Assembly (NCBI GenBank): GCA_964187785.1
Contig: OZ076409.1
Span: 4,032,001-4,096,000 of the forward strand
Direction: 5' to 3'
Origin: Amphiscolops sp. MND2022
Lineage: Eukaryota
Length of the DNA: 64,000 bases
Under the pieces are notes generated by a model. The model did no database searches. It saw nothing but the letters and a program-made list of their open reading frames with translations, and was not told the DNA's origin. Position numbers and translations under genes: made by a program. Below are positions 36,900-50,070 of the stretch, piece by piece (the stretch's first letter is position 1; the number at the start of each line of letters is the position of its first letter).

Positions 36900-39800
36900 A
36901 GTCTAGGTTCGAAGTGAAGTTCACTTTCAACGAAAGTGACTAGCGGGCGGATGCAAAGAATTTGTTCTACAGTGGAAATGGTTCAAATGTTTGAAAAGTT
37001 GTTGTACCAATAGATAATGAGACAAAGTGTTAAAGTTTTTCTTCCACTTTTCTGGCGTGAAAATTTTTCAAGTGAAAAATCTAAAAGAACTAATAAATTC
37101 ATTCGCATGTTCGGAAGAAGAAATTTTTGTGTACTGTGAAAAAATAAATCATTGAAAATTTTTAATCCAAAGGAAAGACTTGTGTACTGTAAAAGAAAGG
37201 TGGATAAAAGTTGTTTTCATGGATGCGTATTATAGAGATTGTTTTATGCAAAAGAGTTAACATAGGAGATATAGAGATTGTATAATGCATAAAAGCGATT
37301 ATAGGAGTGTATATAGATAATTGTTGCGGTTACAGAGCAATTAGAGGATGAGTATTACTACGATTACAAAGCACTAATTCTGGGGGGTTATACGAGTATA
37401 GGTATGATTACAAGATTACAATAGACAATAATTTAGAGATTACAATGAACATACATGTTTGTTTTGAGTTAGTTCAATAATGTTAGTGTAGTCGAATTTG
37501 AAAGTTTGAAACATTCTACTCTGGTTGTCATCGACAGAGTTGAAATTGAAGAGTAACTGGAGAAGTGGAGTCGGCAAAGACCAGTTGAAGTTGAATCGGC
37601 GGAGACCAGTTGAAGAAGTGAGTCAAGAAGTTGATGCGGCAAAGACCAGGTGGAGCTGATGCTGCGAAAACCAGTTGAAGAAGTGAGACGAAGGGTGCTG
37701 TGGACCAATCGACGATAGTGTGCTAGTTGAGGTTAGTAAAGAGAATGTTGCTGCGTGCGTGTGTCTGGTGCTTTGTAGGATCGTAAATCGCTAGTTTTTC
37801 GGTGTACCCAAATTCGGTCATTATTTTATAGAAGGCGTCACAAGCTTCATCAGTTGCTGTTCTGAAGTAGTTATCGTTCGTAGTGAAAAAAGTATTGAGG
37901 ATGGAAACTGCGTTAGAAGCAGTTTGGCAAATGGCAATTTTTTGGCCATCGAGATGAATTCTTATGTACTGTTCGAAGTTTATTTTATTTTGTTTTGATT
38001 TTACACACGTTGTAGAGGACTTTGGGAAATGCACGTTTTGTAGAATAGGTTGTCTGGTCATTGTTGATCTCAAGTGAAAGCTTAAAAGCCATAGTATGAA
38101 ATATGGCGGCTCTGAGACTACTTGCGGTGGTTGAAGGAATGATGTTTGTTTTAGAATCTTGCGGAGCCATTGTGAGAGGATCGATGAGGAAGAGACGATG
38201 ATTTTGAAGCAGAAAGATGCTGCGAAAAGTTCTGATATTAGGTCTGGACATTTGCTGGTTTGGAAGAAAGAGGCAAAGAAGAAGGAAGAGAAAGAATAAA
38301 TGTTTCTAAGACAAAGACATTGTGAGAAAAGAATCAAGAATGTTCACTATATGTACAATAAGGTTTGATGCTAGATAGTATCAAATTGGGGTGCTAATAC
38401 AATTTGTATTGTATAATGTTTGTGAATGTCTTGTATTGTGTATGGAAAAAGTCTACGAGAAAAATGTTGCATGAATATAAGATTCAGTAGGAAAGTTATA
38501 AGTACCATAAGGTTGAGAGAAAGAAGTTTTATGTAATAAACTTGTACTAGAAGTTTGAGAAAAAGTTCTAGAGGTGAGTTAGGAAAACATTACCTGTATT
38601 GAAAATGAAAACATGATTGTTCCATAGTGTTCCATAGAAGAGACAATTAAAGAAATTTGTATTACCTGTAGGAAGATTCATTGAAGATTAGTTGAGTTAA
38701 ACAGAGTGGTCATGGATTCAAGAGCAGATTGTATTGCTAGTGAGGATTGTGTTATGCCTTGTGAGTCAAGTTATTGTAAGAGTTTGTGTGTTCTGTCATA
38801 GCAATGTATTATATGTGTGAGAGTGGTGATGAGAGTGTCAGAGGAGTTTCGTTTATACGGGTCCAAAAGATGTGTTATAGCTCGAATAGTACGAATGTTG
38901 CGAACTGATGAAAGTTTTTCAGGAGTATTTCGAATCGGTGAGGTATGTTCAATAGGAGGTGGTTTATGTTGCTTTTTATTGTGTTTGTACCATGTATGAA
39001 AAAATTTTGACTGAGATGAAGAGTTATTCGTTGTATGAGTGGGATCGTTTAGCAAAAGTGGTATAGTATGATTTGTCTTTATCATCGAGTGGAGAAGAAA
39101 CAAGTTGTTTGATTACTGTAAGAGGTTTGACAATTTGAGTAGGAGCATTGCAAGGCAACAGAAAATCATCGAAATGAATGAGATATTCTTGAGGTACAAT
39201 TGGTGGTCGTGATGTGTCATTGTAAGGAAGTAGAGAGAAGTATTGTTTGATAGTTACGGAGATATCATGTTATGCGAGCGTGGTCTACCGTATATAAAGG
39301 TGTCATATTGAATGGTGAAGTATGTTTGTAGTTGACAAAAAGATTGTTCTGTGGTTTTGTGTGCTGTAAAAATTTAGTATATGTTTGATGATGAAGTTTT
39401 TTGAAACAGTGAGAGAAAGGAAGGATCAGATTCGTCTGTTTTTAAGTCAAAAATATATGGGCAAAGAAAATTGAACTAAAGAGAGAAGATTTTAACTCCA
39501 TTGTCGAGCCAATATTGGTAGGGAGACATGATTTCAGAAGCTATTGATGTGAAAAAATCTTGATTTTTATCGTATAGACGAAATGTGTAGTCTGTAGGAT
39601 GCATATAAAGAATAGTTAGTTGGGCTTTGAATGTGAAATTATCTTGTGATAGAATTGGGATCAAGTGATCATCACGAGTTGTAGAAAGTGATGGTTGAGA
39701 AGGTACTTTAGGAGAAAATAAAGGTGAAGAGAGAAAAACAGGATCTTTCATGATTTCATAGCGGTTTTTCGGTGGTGGCGGTACATCATGTGTAGTATCA

Positions 39801-42800
39801 GGAGGAGTGTGAACTTTTGTAGGTGTGGTATGATCAATTTGTTCAACTTGTTCTGAAGGATGATCATGTACTTGGTCAATAGTTTCAAGGAAGAGAACAG
39901 GAGAGTCATTGAAAAGAGGTTGTGTGGTGAGATCAGAATATGATGGTTCCAGTTGAAGATCGAGATGTGCTTGTGTCATTGTGGAAAAAATTGAAAGATA
40001 TATAAGAGTTACTAACGAGTTGCTTTACCAATTTTGGTTGGTGTTTGATTTATCACGCGAATTGTTACCGTTGGATGAGGTGGATGGAGAATTTGAATTT
40101 GGAGATCAATCGTGAAGAGTAGTTGAGAAAAGTTAAAGTTGATGAGAAAGTTAAAGTTGGAAGGTAAGTGTTCTATATCAGTTTTGAGAGCAGAATGATA
40201 TCAATTTTAGAAAGATGGCGGAGGAAAAGGATGATTTGTTTCAGAGTAAACTTGGATGGAAGTATCCGTACCATTTTTGACAAAAGTGTGATCAGCTTAA
40301 GTGTCATATTGAGTAGTTGAATGGTCACGTTGATTTACATAATTGTCATGTTGAATTGCATTGGCATTAGAATAATTAGGTAGAGTCGGATTTTGTTCTT
40401 GTGAGGAAGAAAGCATGGAGGTTCGATAATGAATTGTGGGTTGAGAAAGTGGTTGTCTCTTCGGAAATAATTTAAGTTTTGTCAAACGAAATCCATTTGG
40501 ACGTTTTGTATAGAAATGTGGAGGGGAAGTATTACCAGTTGTGTTGTTAATTGAAGAGGTTTGATTGTCAGTAGAAGGATTTAAGGTGTCAGAAAAGTTA
40601 TCGTGTGATTTAGAGGTTGAAAGTGCTAACTTGGTATTCTTACTGTGAGTATGATTTAGGTCATTCACCATTTCAGCTGTGAGAATATTAAAGAAACCAA
40701 GTGCTATTGAACTAAATAAAGTAATATTTTGTTTAAAATTGTATTTAATTGAAATTATTTTATTTAGTTTTATAATGATTGTGAGAGTTGCTTGTACAAA
40801 AAGCAACGAAGAAAAACAATTCCACATTGAGTTAAAATATAGCATGGATATCCAAACAGTGCAATGAAAGCATATGAAAACCATGTAGGTGTAAGAAGAG
40901 GAGTAAGATTTATAAGTTTGTCATGTAAAGCAATACGTAATGTATTGTATGGATTTTCATGAGGAGAATTTGCATCATAGTTAGGTGTATTAGATGAAAT
41001 AAAGGAGTAGCTAAGAGTTGTTCCCAAAAGTTGAATTGTAGAATCAGAATGTTTTGAAAATAGAATTCTGTTCCAAAATTGATCAATATCAGCATTAGAT
41101 TATATGCCAGCATCTTGTGCTGTGAAATTGTTAGGACGTATTGTAGTTTTGATTTGAGAAGGTGTGGACAAAAATGGTGGTTTTCGTTTAATAGGTTCTG
41201 GTCCAAGAATGTGAAAATCTTGATCATCAGAATCAGGGTCTAGTTCGATAATGTTTCTTGGATTATTATCACATGTAATAGGAGTTGCTTAGTCATAAGT
41301 CTGTCTTGTAATTGGATCGACGTACATACGAGAATCCCTAAAGTGTATAGGTATACAATCAAAGCATCGGTCAGCTTTATATTAAGGAGAAAGAAAGTGT
41401 GGACAATCATAAAGCCAAGCAGTTGAACCTTCAACGTAAAAGAAGTTAGTTCGATTTCCTGTTAAAAGAAACTCAGCAAGTTGAGGTTTTGAACTGACAT
41501 TGCTAGTATTGTAACGAGTTGATTTCGTTCTAATTCACAAACTGTATGAAGGGTATTTAGTTCTTGTATTGTCATTGAACGGAAAACATGGTTTATAAAG
41601 TAATCAAATTTTGTACTTGCATGAGCATCGTAATCTACTGTAGCAGGGTTATTTAAAACATTTAATGCAGGAAAGATAAACTTATTATTAGAATTGTCTA
41701 ATACAATTTTACCAGAAAAACTTTCGTTGATCATAGGTTGGCGATTTGGTTGTCCTGTATGCAAATTAAAACTCTCTGTATAGGTTACAAAAAGATCAGA
41801 AAATTGTGTAGAATGAAGAAGGTCAGGTTTACCACAGAAAGTTTGAGCATTTGGAAATACTTCAAAACGTGAAAGACTAGGATTATTTGGGTTTTGTGTA
41901 TGTGGAGCATGGGGATGTACTGTACTCTTAATTCCAGATGTTGCCTCAGGTTTTGTTGAGTGTGAAGAATGTACAAAATAATCTGTTTCAATCCAATATC
42001 GATCATTAGTTCAATAAAGTCTTGTAATTTAAAAATTAAACAAAAATCATCACTAAACCAAACAAGAGTGAAAGGAGTTTTAGTAGTTGGTTTGCAAAAT
42101 CCATCTGCAAATTAGCAGGGTAAAGTATTTCCATCTATTATCGTACCGTTTTCTGTATCGTCATTTGTAAGTTCAAGTTCAGAATCTTCTAGTCGCAACT
42201 GACTAGATTGACTTCAAATTGATGATTGGCAGGACAGTTGTGATAAGTATTTTTATTTGGGTCATATATCCAATCTTTATCAGCAGCAATTAAAGTGAAG
42301 GTACCTGTGTACATTTTGTTTAATTTATAAACTGTAAAAAGAGTCTGAAATTGTTCCAAACGTTCTTGAAAGTAATAGTCTTCTAAAAGTGTGAAAGTTT
42401 TGTTGTAATGTAAGTTGTTTAATCTTTTATTCTTTGTACCATTTATATGTCTAATAATATCCTTGCATTCTAAAGGAATAAGGGTAACAGGAAGTGGCAT
42501 AGTGTTGTGGTTCCACGTCGAAATTTGACTGAGCCTTGAAAACAAAGTTTTCTTTTTTTGGCATATGCGACACATTTGTAAGCTTTAATGCGTTTAGCCT
42601 TTGCTCTGACATATAGACTTGGGCTTTAACACTGGCGTGTTGTATGTTTGAGGTAGCTTCTGTACATTGTTTCACATTGAGTAGATTAAATTGTCTCAAA
42701 TTATGTTGCTTCTCGCAATCATAATGGGAAACCATAAGGTTTGTAATATTTGGATCGTCTGATGGGAGATAGTCGTCTTTATTTGTTGGTGATATAGATA

Positions 42801-45120
42801 TAGTAGATGTAGAAGTTATTAGATATGAATAGAGTAATATATTAGTCATATAGAGAAATACATAAAGTTTAAAAGGAAGTTGTGTAATTAAGTCCAGAAG
42901 ATGGGATGTAAAACCCGATTTTGCCATATGTTAAAGAGGAAAGATTAGGATCTCTTTCAAAATCAAGGTGTACGACTTCAAAAGGAGCAGGAGTAGTTTT
43001 GTGTTCCACTTTTGCAATTTGAAAAAACTGGGTGTGGATTAAAATCTTGAAATTTGACTTTACTTTCAAAATTTAATTCTAGGTTAGGAGTTTGGAGTCT
43101 TTCAAGTTCTGTATTTTTTCTTTTGTTCGAAAGTAAATCGTGGTTTGCATTGAAGCGTTCTGTAAGGATCGGAAAACCGGCATCGTGTGATGGATCGTCT
43201 ATAGTAGTTCCGTTAACTCGAATGAGATAATCTGCAAAATTAGGAGTTGGAGGTCTAGAGTGTTTTAGAGTATAATATTCAGATATTCTAATATGTGCAG
43301 GTACAAGAGTAGGTATTATAACTTCAGAGAAAAGGTTCCCTGAAAGGAAGGCAGTTTGAGCGTCTGATGATAGAAATGAAGCGGTTTCAAGACCAGATGT
43401 AAAATATGATTGAGGGTCAATTTCTGAAGAGTGTGTTTCGGAAGATAGAGGTTGAGCGTGTTGTCTTGCAAGTCGTAGGGCAGAATACTTGAGAGAGCAG
43501 AAAAAATTAACTGTTGAAGTATCTGTACTAAGTCGGCGTGAAGGGAGGTCTCGAAGGTTATATCGATGGTATGGAACAAAAAGTGAACTTGTGGCTTCTT
43601 GCGATGGTATGTAGTCAGAAGTATTGTCCAAAAGGTTTGATAGTGATGTAGAAGCTTTTCGAAGGGGTTTTAGTGGATGATATAGTTTCGAAGAAGTTGT
43701 ACTGATTTCTGATGGTAATTGTAATAAAGGTAGTTGTGGTAATTCAGTATCTGGAATATGTACACGATTGGGTTGAGGTTGAAGTCTAACAGTTTTAATA
43801 GCAGTAAGTTGTTTGTAGTTTACGTAGCGTTCAACAGATTCAGGGTTTGGTATATGTACTAAAGGAGTATTAATTGGTGAGGTTTGAGAACGAGAAGTAG
43901 TAGGGATTTCAGTTAATGGTGGTCTACTGGTAATAGAAGAAGATGATACAGAGGATGTGTCAGTGATTTGTGATCTTGTTCTTTTGGAAGGTGTTACAGG
44001 AGTTACATTGCGAGTTCGAGATGGAGTACTGATTTGAGATTCAGAATTATTAGACAGACTTGACTTGGAGCAGAAGGAGATGTATCAGAAGAAGTATCCA
44101 GGTTATAGTGTAAACTTGAAAAGTCTTCACCTAGGCTAGATTCAGTTTCAAGTTTTTATCACTGTTCGTCGACTAGTTTTCATCAAGCCAGGAGAGTGAA
44201 TGATTATTTGTAGAGTTTTGGAGGAGGTATAAAGAATCTGTAGTCCATTTGTAATTGATGTCTCAGAGTAAAATGAATTTTGGTAGTCCTGTCTATGGAG
44301 GAGGAAGTAAATTAGACTGATCGTGAGATAAGTGTCATGATCTGTCAATAGAGATGTCAGTTTGAGGGGTTTAAATTATCAGTTTGAAAGGTGAGTTGTC
44401 ATACAGTTTGATAGGTGAGCTGTCATTTGAGGGAAGAGATGTACAATCGTAATTTGTTGTAGTTAATGGTGTCATAGGTTTTTGAGATGAATCATCATCA
44501 GAAGCTGATTCATCGGAATTAAAAGGGGAAAAAGTCACTATTTGCGTATTTAATGGGTTTTGGAATGTGAAATTGAGTGGAGTCTGAGAACCGCATGAAA
44601 CTACGCAAGTGTGGGTACAAAAGTGGTTCTTTTGTGTAGTAAGGAATTAGGTGATTTTAGTGAACATGTACTGTAGAGTCATCTTGTGAAAGGAGTTCAT
44701 ATGTAACGTCAGATAATCTTTCAAGAATTTTAAATGGTGCTATCCGAAGCGGTTTTAGTTTGTCAGAGAAATGAACGTGAGAAAAGTTTCGTTTTAAAAT
44801 AAGTGTACCAATAGTGAGTGGTTTACGTTCATGGTAGGTTTTCGTAAAATATGCATGTTAGTTATTTTTTTGAGAATGTTTTCATATACTGTAGAATATA
44901 TTTGTAACATAGTAGTTTCTACAGCGAGAAACCCTTGTGGAATGGGTTTTGAAAGAGTTCTGTAAAAGAAAGGGTTTAAATCTGTTTTGTCATAGTGAAA
45001 GTGTTCTGGAAGTTGAGAACAATATTTGGAAATACATGTTTTAGAAGTATTACGGTTAAGGTTCATGTTAAAGGTAAGGGGATTCTGGGTTGTGTGTGGA
45101 AGACAATTTCCCGTGTGGAA
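36900..45120 (-). mobile_element. Decayed env-bearing LTR retroelement E3 (integrase C-terminus, env, downstream accessory ORFs); boundaries approximate
   Basis: Strong A/C bias on minus strand; integrase-end remnants at 44600-45120 (DKLKPLRIAPFKI); YNLR motif; env fragments; extra ORFs 39476-39979 and 37723-38251. Confidence 0.7.
40300..42930 (-). pseudogene. env: env-like glycoprotein resembling chuvirus-like (class III-type) glycoproteins, frameshifted
   Basis: Hydrophobic leader, then SHYDCEKQHNLRQFNLLNVKQC, HTVCELERNQLVTILAMS, VEGSTAWLYDCP, and a C-terminal hydrophobic segment WFSYAFIALFGYPCYILTQCGIVF. Confidence 0.7.
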
Positions 45121-45859
45121 GACAAGCTTCGAGACGCCATTTTAGGAGCTTGTATGGACAATTGAACCTGACACTACACCATAAGTGATACTACAGACTT
45201 CATCGATTCTGAAGTGTGCTCTAAAACGCGTATTCAGTGTTGTTTGTCTTTTGTGACGTTTTTGTTTTTCAAGTCAAGTGTTAAATACTCAGTTACACTG
45301 TCGTTTATCACACAACTTTTATTATTTTTGAATCTCGTGAGCAACTTTCGCAGCTTTTCTTTTAGGCCAAGTGATTAGCTCGTGTGTATGGGTGGTTGGG
45401 TCTTGAGAAAATGATTTTTTTCTGCTTTGCGAATGACAATGAAGTCGTATAGAGCTACAGATTGAAAAAATTAATTAATGATTTAATAATGATTGAGTGA
45501 TAGTTTAGTTCCTAAAACGGGTAAAAGTATGAAGGAGGTGTATAAGTATTAGTTAAACAAAGCAGTTTGATAGGATATATCCTCAATTCAAAAGAGATGT
45601 AATTTTTGTTTCGTCATTAATAACATTGAAATCGTACGTAAAGGAAATGTTAAGTGAGCGTTCGAGTAGGGAAGAGCTGCGAACTTTCTGGTAAAGTAGG
45701 CTGGTTTTCTTGACTGATGAAATGATGAAATCATGCACATATTTAGTAGAAACAACCCAGGATACAGCGGAACAGCATTGTAAGCTCGATTGAAACATTG
45801 ATTTAGCCTTGGAAGAAATGCATAGAGTTATGCGTCGAGTCTTTCTCCTTTTCGTCAAA

Positions 45860-46050
45860 CCCTTCCCCATAAATCTCAACTTTGCATACATCCATCACCC
45901 CGCTGTCACTTTCTTCCTCAGCTGTGACGAATGAACCAATAAGTCCTCCTTTGGGACAGAAAACCGTCATCCAGTTACCTTTGCTTCCCACTGTTCCACA
46001 TAGAGAGCAATCTTGTTCCTTAGAACGGCAAACTCGAAATACGTAGATAT
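45860..46050 (-). CDS. Possible host exon encoding the C-terminal part of a fucolectin/F5-8 type C-like domain
   Basis: Acceptor TTTTGTAG at 46051; translation IYVFRVCRSKEQDCSLCGTVGSKGNWMTVFCPKGGLIGSFVTA...MDVCKVEIYG resembles the C..C..G.FV..CEVEVYG end of these domains; 3' end uncertain. Confidence 0.5.
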
Positions 46051-46082
46051 CTACAAAACATCAATTAGAGCTGCCAGCTATC

Positions 46083-46387
46083 AATTTTTTAATTGAGTAA
46101 TAAAGTGGCGATTTTGCAGAATTTAGAAAAAAAAGCAACACAGATCATGATTTTCTTTCCCATTATATGTGGGCGGCAAATACCAAATGTTTGATACCTG
46201 GGTTCCGTGTAATCTTTCTCATTCTCTCAAAGCAGTGCTTTGAGAGAATGAGAAAGATTACACGGAACCCAGGTATCGAACATTTGGTATTTGCCGCCCA
46301 CATATAATGGGAAAGAAAATCATGATCTGTGTTGCTTTTTTTTCTAAATTCTGCAAAATCGCCACTTTATTACTCAATTAAAAAATT
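46083..46387. repeat. 305-bp palindrome: 152-bp arms, 1-nt spacer (46235), one mismatch
   Basis: Centre CTCAAAGCA-G-TGCTTTGAG; arms read as reverse complements except TTTGATAC versus TTCGATAC. Confidence 0.97.
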
Positions 46388-46510
46388 CTAGTCACCATGG
46401 CGCAGTCGGTAGTGCGTCTGCCTGGCAGATACGAGGTCGCGGGATCGAACCCCTGCTGATGCGTTACGTTTTTAGCGGAAAATATCTCGGTGCTTAGCGG
46501 GAGTCTTGTT
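46388..46510 (+). mobile_element. tRNA-derived SINE-like repeat, copy 2
   Basis: A box TGGCGCAGTCGG (46398), B box GGATCGAACCC (46442); no acceptor stem or CCA, non-tRNA tail shared with copy 1. Confidence 0.75.
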
Positions 46511-47882
46511 ATATTTCACAGTTGAACTAGCTTCCAATCAAGCCAAATACCTTTCAAAAATACACAAGCAAACAAACGGGTATACAGATGGTCACCAGTA
46601 TTTGTTTTGTTGAGTTGTGACGTGCAATCATCGATAGTTACAGATAATGACCTCAACTTTACTTGCCATCTCAGAACTTTCTCGGTCTACAATAAAATAA
46701 AAAGTTGTTTTGGGAAAGCGAGAAATATTACACTGAAAAATATAGAACATTCATTTCTTGTTGTATTCATTCATTCGTTATTTTTCATTTTCGAATTGCC
46801 CCAGCTATCAACTAATTCACATACCAATCATAACTGCACAAGCAAACACTCTGAAAGATGGTAACCAGTGTTTTTTGTTGAGCTCAGGACATATCTTTGC
46901 ATATACGTGCGCTGGTTACAACCATTTTAGCTTTCTAAGATCTCTCAGTTTTAATTGCTACTAGATTAAGTACGTTGGTAACCCGAGAAGATTCAATGAG
47001 ATGCGTTTATCTAGAACACCAGCTGAAGACCATTGTTAAAGTATCACAGTAGAAACTGTTGGGGCGAAGTTTGGTTAACTTTCGTTATTTGGTAAGCATT
47101 ATCAGCAAGAAATTTTTTTCGTGGACGAATTTTCAGCCTCTTTCTAATTTATCTACATGTGCAGATTTTTGTTGATTTTTAAAATTGTTTTCGAGATATT
47201 TTGAATTTGTTGTTATTGGAATACAGATTATTCTGAAGCTTTTCCTTGAGAAAAAATCTAGGTGGGGATCAATGAACGATGAGCAGATTAAATATGGTAG
47301 TGGGAGGACAAATCAACACTCTCATTTGTGAAAATTGTTTCGAAATAAAGTATTTTGAGTAAATTTTCAAAAGTAACTTACCCAGGTTAACCATCATGGC
47401 AAATTCATGGATCTTCTTCCATGCTTCATCCATGATTCATTGATCGCCATGTCATGAATCATTCCATGATCTTGGAAAAATATCCATGATTCATTGATGA
47501 TTCATGGATGGAAACCCAAGAATCATGGATGAAAATCCATGACGCCGAGGATGATTATCGGTGCAAATTAATGAGAAGGTGCAGTTTTTGAACTGCCCGT
47601 TAAACTAAATAAACTAGATTCGATGAATTATGAGAATAATAATAAAATAAAATCTAGTTTTTGGATTGATAAATTACGAAAATACCCTCAAAAATTATCA
47701 AAACACCTGAGAAGAGCACAAATTAAGCGAATATCATATGACTGGGCATCTCTTCAAAGGAATAATTCCCATAACAAGATTACCTGAAATTGAGAAATTA
47801 TATTGAAAGATGTCGGACTTTATAGGTTCTCCGTAAGCAGAGCTTGCCGAATTGTACCCAAGTCCTCATACTGTGTTTGTGA

Positions 47883-47959
47883 AGAGGCTCTCAGCTAGTG
47901 TGGTATTTCAACCACACATGACAGGACCCACGACGGGAAAGTGGCCTCTATCGGGTCCC
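47883..47959 (-). ncRNA. HDV-like ribozyme-shaped motif
   Basis: Minus strand: P1 GGGACC/GGTCCT with G-U first pair, P2 AGAGGC/GCCTCT, P3-L3 CAC-TTTCCCGTC-GTG, P4 GTGTGGT/ACCACAC, J4/2 containing CTGA. Confidence 0.55.
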
Positions 47960-48414
47960 AAAAACTTTTACAAGAATTAAAATACATCATCTGAAACATT
48001 GATTGAGATCTGAATAAGGCAAACAAAGTTTCCAAGAACAATGCCAATGAAATTTACATGATCTAGGATGGGATTTAAAAACCAACACTGTTTGACAAAA
48101 ACCATCCCCAAAACCATCAAAAACCCACCTAATGCTAACGAAAATCTTACCTATCTTGCGGCTTCAGGATGCGCGGTACCGAAAAGCGCCCTTAATGCTA
48201 ACCGGGTCATTAAGGTAACCCTGATATTCCATTAATAGCGATAAACGACAATAAACAACAAATAAACCTCCATTTCATGAGAACCGACACGCACAGAAAG
48301 TTTTTCCTACTTTGAAAGAATTTTTCAACATGGCAAATCATGGATGAATCCTGGATGAAAATCCATGAAGCGTCACTCTGCCGTGAATCATCGATGTTTT
48401 TCCTTGAATAAGTA

Positions 48415-49088
48415 CAGTACTTTGATCAAGAAATCGTCCCCCTATGAGCTAAGCGTCGTTATCAACCAATTAGAATTGCGTATTTGCTCTCACTTTCAAT
48501 TCTGATTGGAGCATCAAGTGAAATCTCCGGCGCAGAAAGAACACTTCTGCTATTTTCCCAGTTTTGGGCAGGTTTTTGGAATATTTTTCTGAAAATTTTA
48601 AATTCATCGAATTCTGCAGATTGTATAGAATTCAATGATATATTTTTTTGTTTCAAAAACATTCTAAATGGAAAAATAAACTCAGTTTTCCGCCGCGAAA
48701 CGTTCATTTCCTATCTTAGTACATGTAAATCGACGAAATTTTACCTTTCGAGCATGATATTCCAAAAACAGTTGATAATTTTTGAAATCTAAAAATACCC
48801 ATAGATTCAGCAGATTTGTGCGAGTTATTTGAGCATAAAACTTACCGAAAAAACTGTGGATAAAACGGTCAAAAATTGGTAAAACGGAAACAAGCCCCAA
48901 ATTTGTTCAAAATCAGCTAATTGTAACTTTCTTAATTTCTGTCCCAGAAAAACTTAAAAACCACTAATGTAAACTAGATGAAAATCTAAAAAACTTTTAT
49001 TTTTTATGTTTTTCAAAATTCTCAACAGATTTCGAGAAAATCGAGCCTAAAATCGCCCCGGGGGGACGTTTTCGTAATCATAGTACTG
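48415..49088. mobile_element. Tc1/mariner-type MITE nested in the TIR element
   Basis: TA-CAGTACTTTGATCAAGAAATCGTCCCC ... GGGGACGTTTTCGTAATCATAGTACTG-TA. Confidence 0.85.
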
Positions 49089-50070
49089 TACGTAATGTGT
49101 TTAAAAATCCATGATCATGAATGATTATCCATGCATGAATTATCCATGATGGTCAACCAGGGTACATTTTCGACAAAGGTTAAGACAATCCTTTCCTGAA
49201 ATTTCATACAGTTTACAGTTGTGTATTTTGAAGATTCGAGTATCATAGTTGAGCAAGACTGAGATCAACAAAATTACAAGTATAAGAATGAAGTTTTCAC
49301 GTGGGAACAGAAATTCACATTTCTCTTATAAGGGAAAATGGACATTCTTGTTGAAAGTGTTTAATTTCTTACTTGTAACGATTGAGTATGAATTTATTGA
49401 ATTGTGCACTAAATGCAAACAAAAAGATGTTAAATTTTTATTTGAACTTAGTGGGTGTTTGGTGCACAGACTTTACATGAGTTCAAATATGAGAGGAGGT
49501 TTTAGCAATGAAAAACGGAGTTAGTCTGTTTTCAGACCAAACTTCCATTTTAATACATTAAAGTACTACTTCTTTTTTCTAATAACTCTCGCAAATTTGA
49601 TCTCAGACGTTAGCAAAAAACTCAAAAGTACTCTAATTGAAATAGCAAACTGTTTTCAGGAACATGGTTATTCCGAATACCTGATATTTTTTCAGTATTT
49701 GGACATTATATTTTTTGTATGGATTTTTTTCACAATTGGAAGTGTGAAATGTATCTCCCTTTACTGTAAACTAAAAAGAAACATTGAATCAAGACTAAGC
49801 ACTTAAAATGTCAAAAGTTAGGACCTCACAGCGTCTTCAAATGACATTATCAAATTGCGATTTCTAATTCAATTTGGCATTACATGTAAACCAAAGTTTT
49901 AAAACTGTTGATGAAAATTCCAAACAAGCCTCGTTGTAAAATACGTGACATTTCAATACTCTCTAGACTGAGGGGAGGATACTGAAAACGAACTATAACA
50001 GTCGACAAGTACAGAACCAAAGTGAACTTATTCTTTCAACATCGTCAATGTTTGAATCAGCTTTTCTTAC

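Larger units (their letters stand above)
47381..49162. mobile_element. Non-autonomous TIR element related to 26497-27454, opposite orientation, TA-flanked
   Basis: TIR CCCAGGTTAACCATCATGG / CCATGATGGTCAACCAGGG (2 mismatches), CCATGA-rich subtermini, shared internal module. Confidence 0.85.

Noticed and set aside
46388..46470. Functional tRNA gene
   Set aside because: A and B boxes are present but there is no acceptor stem or proper anticodon arm, and the tail is shared with a diverged second copy; better explained as a SINE
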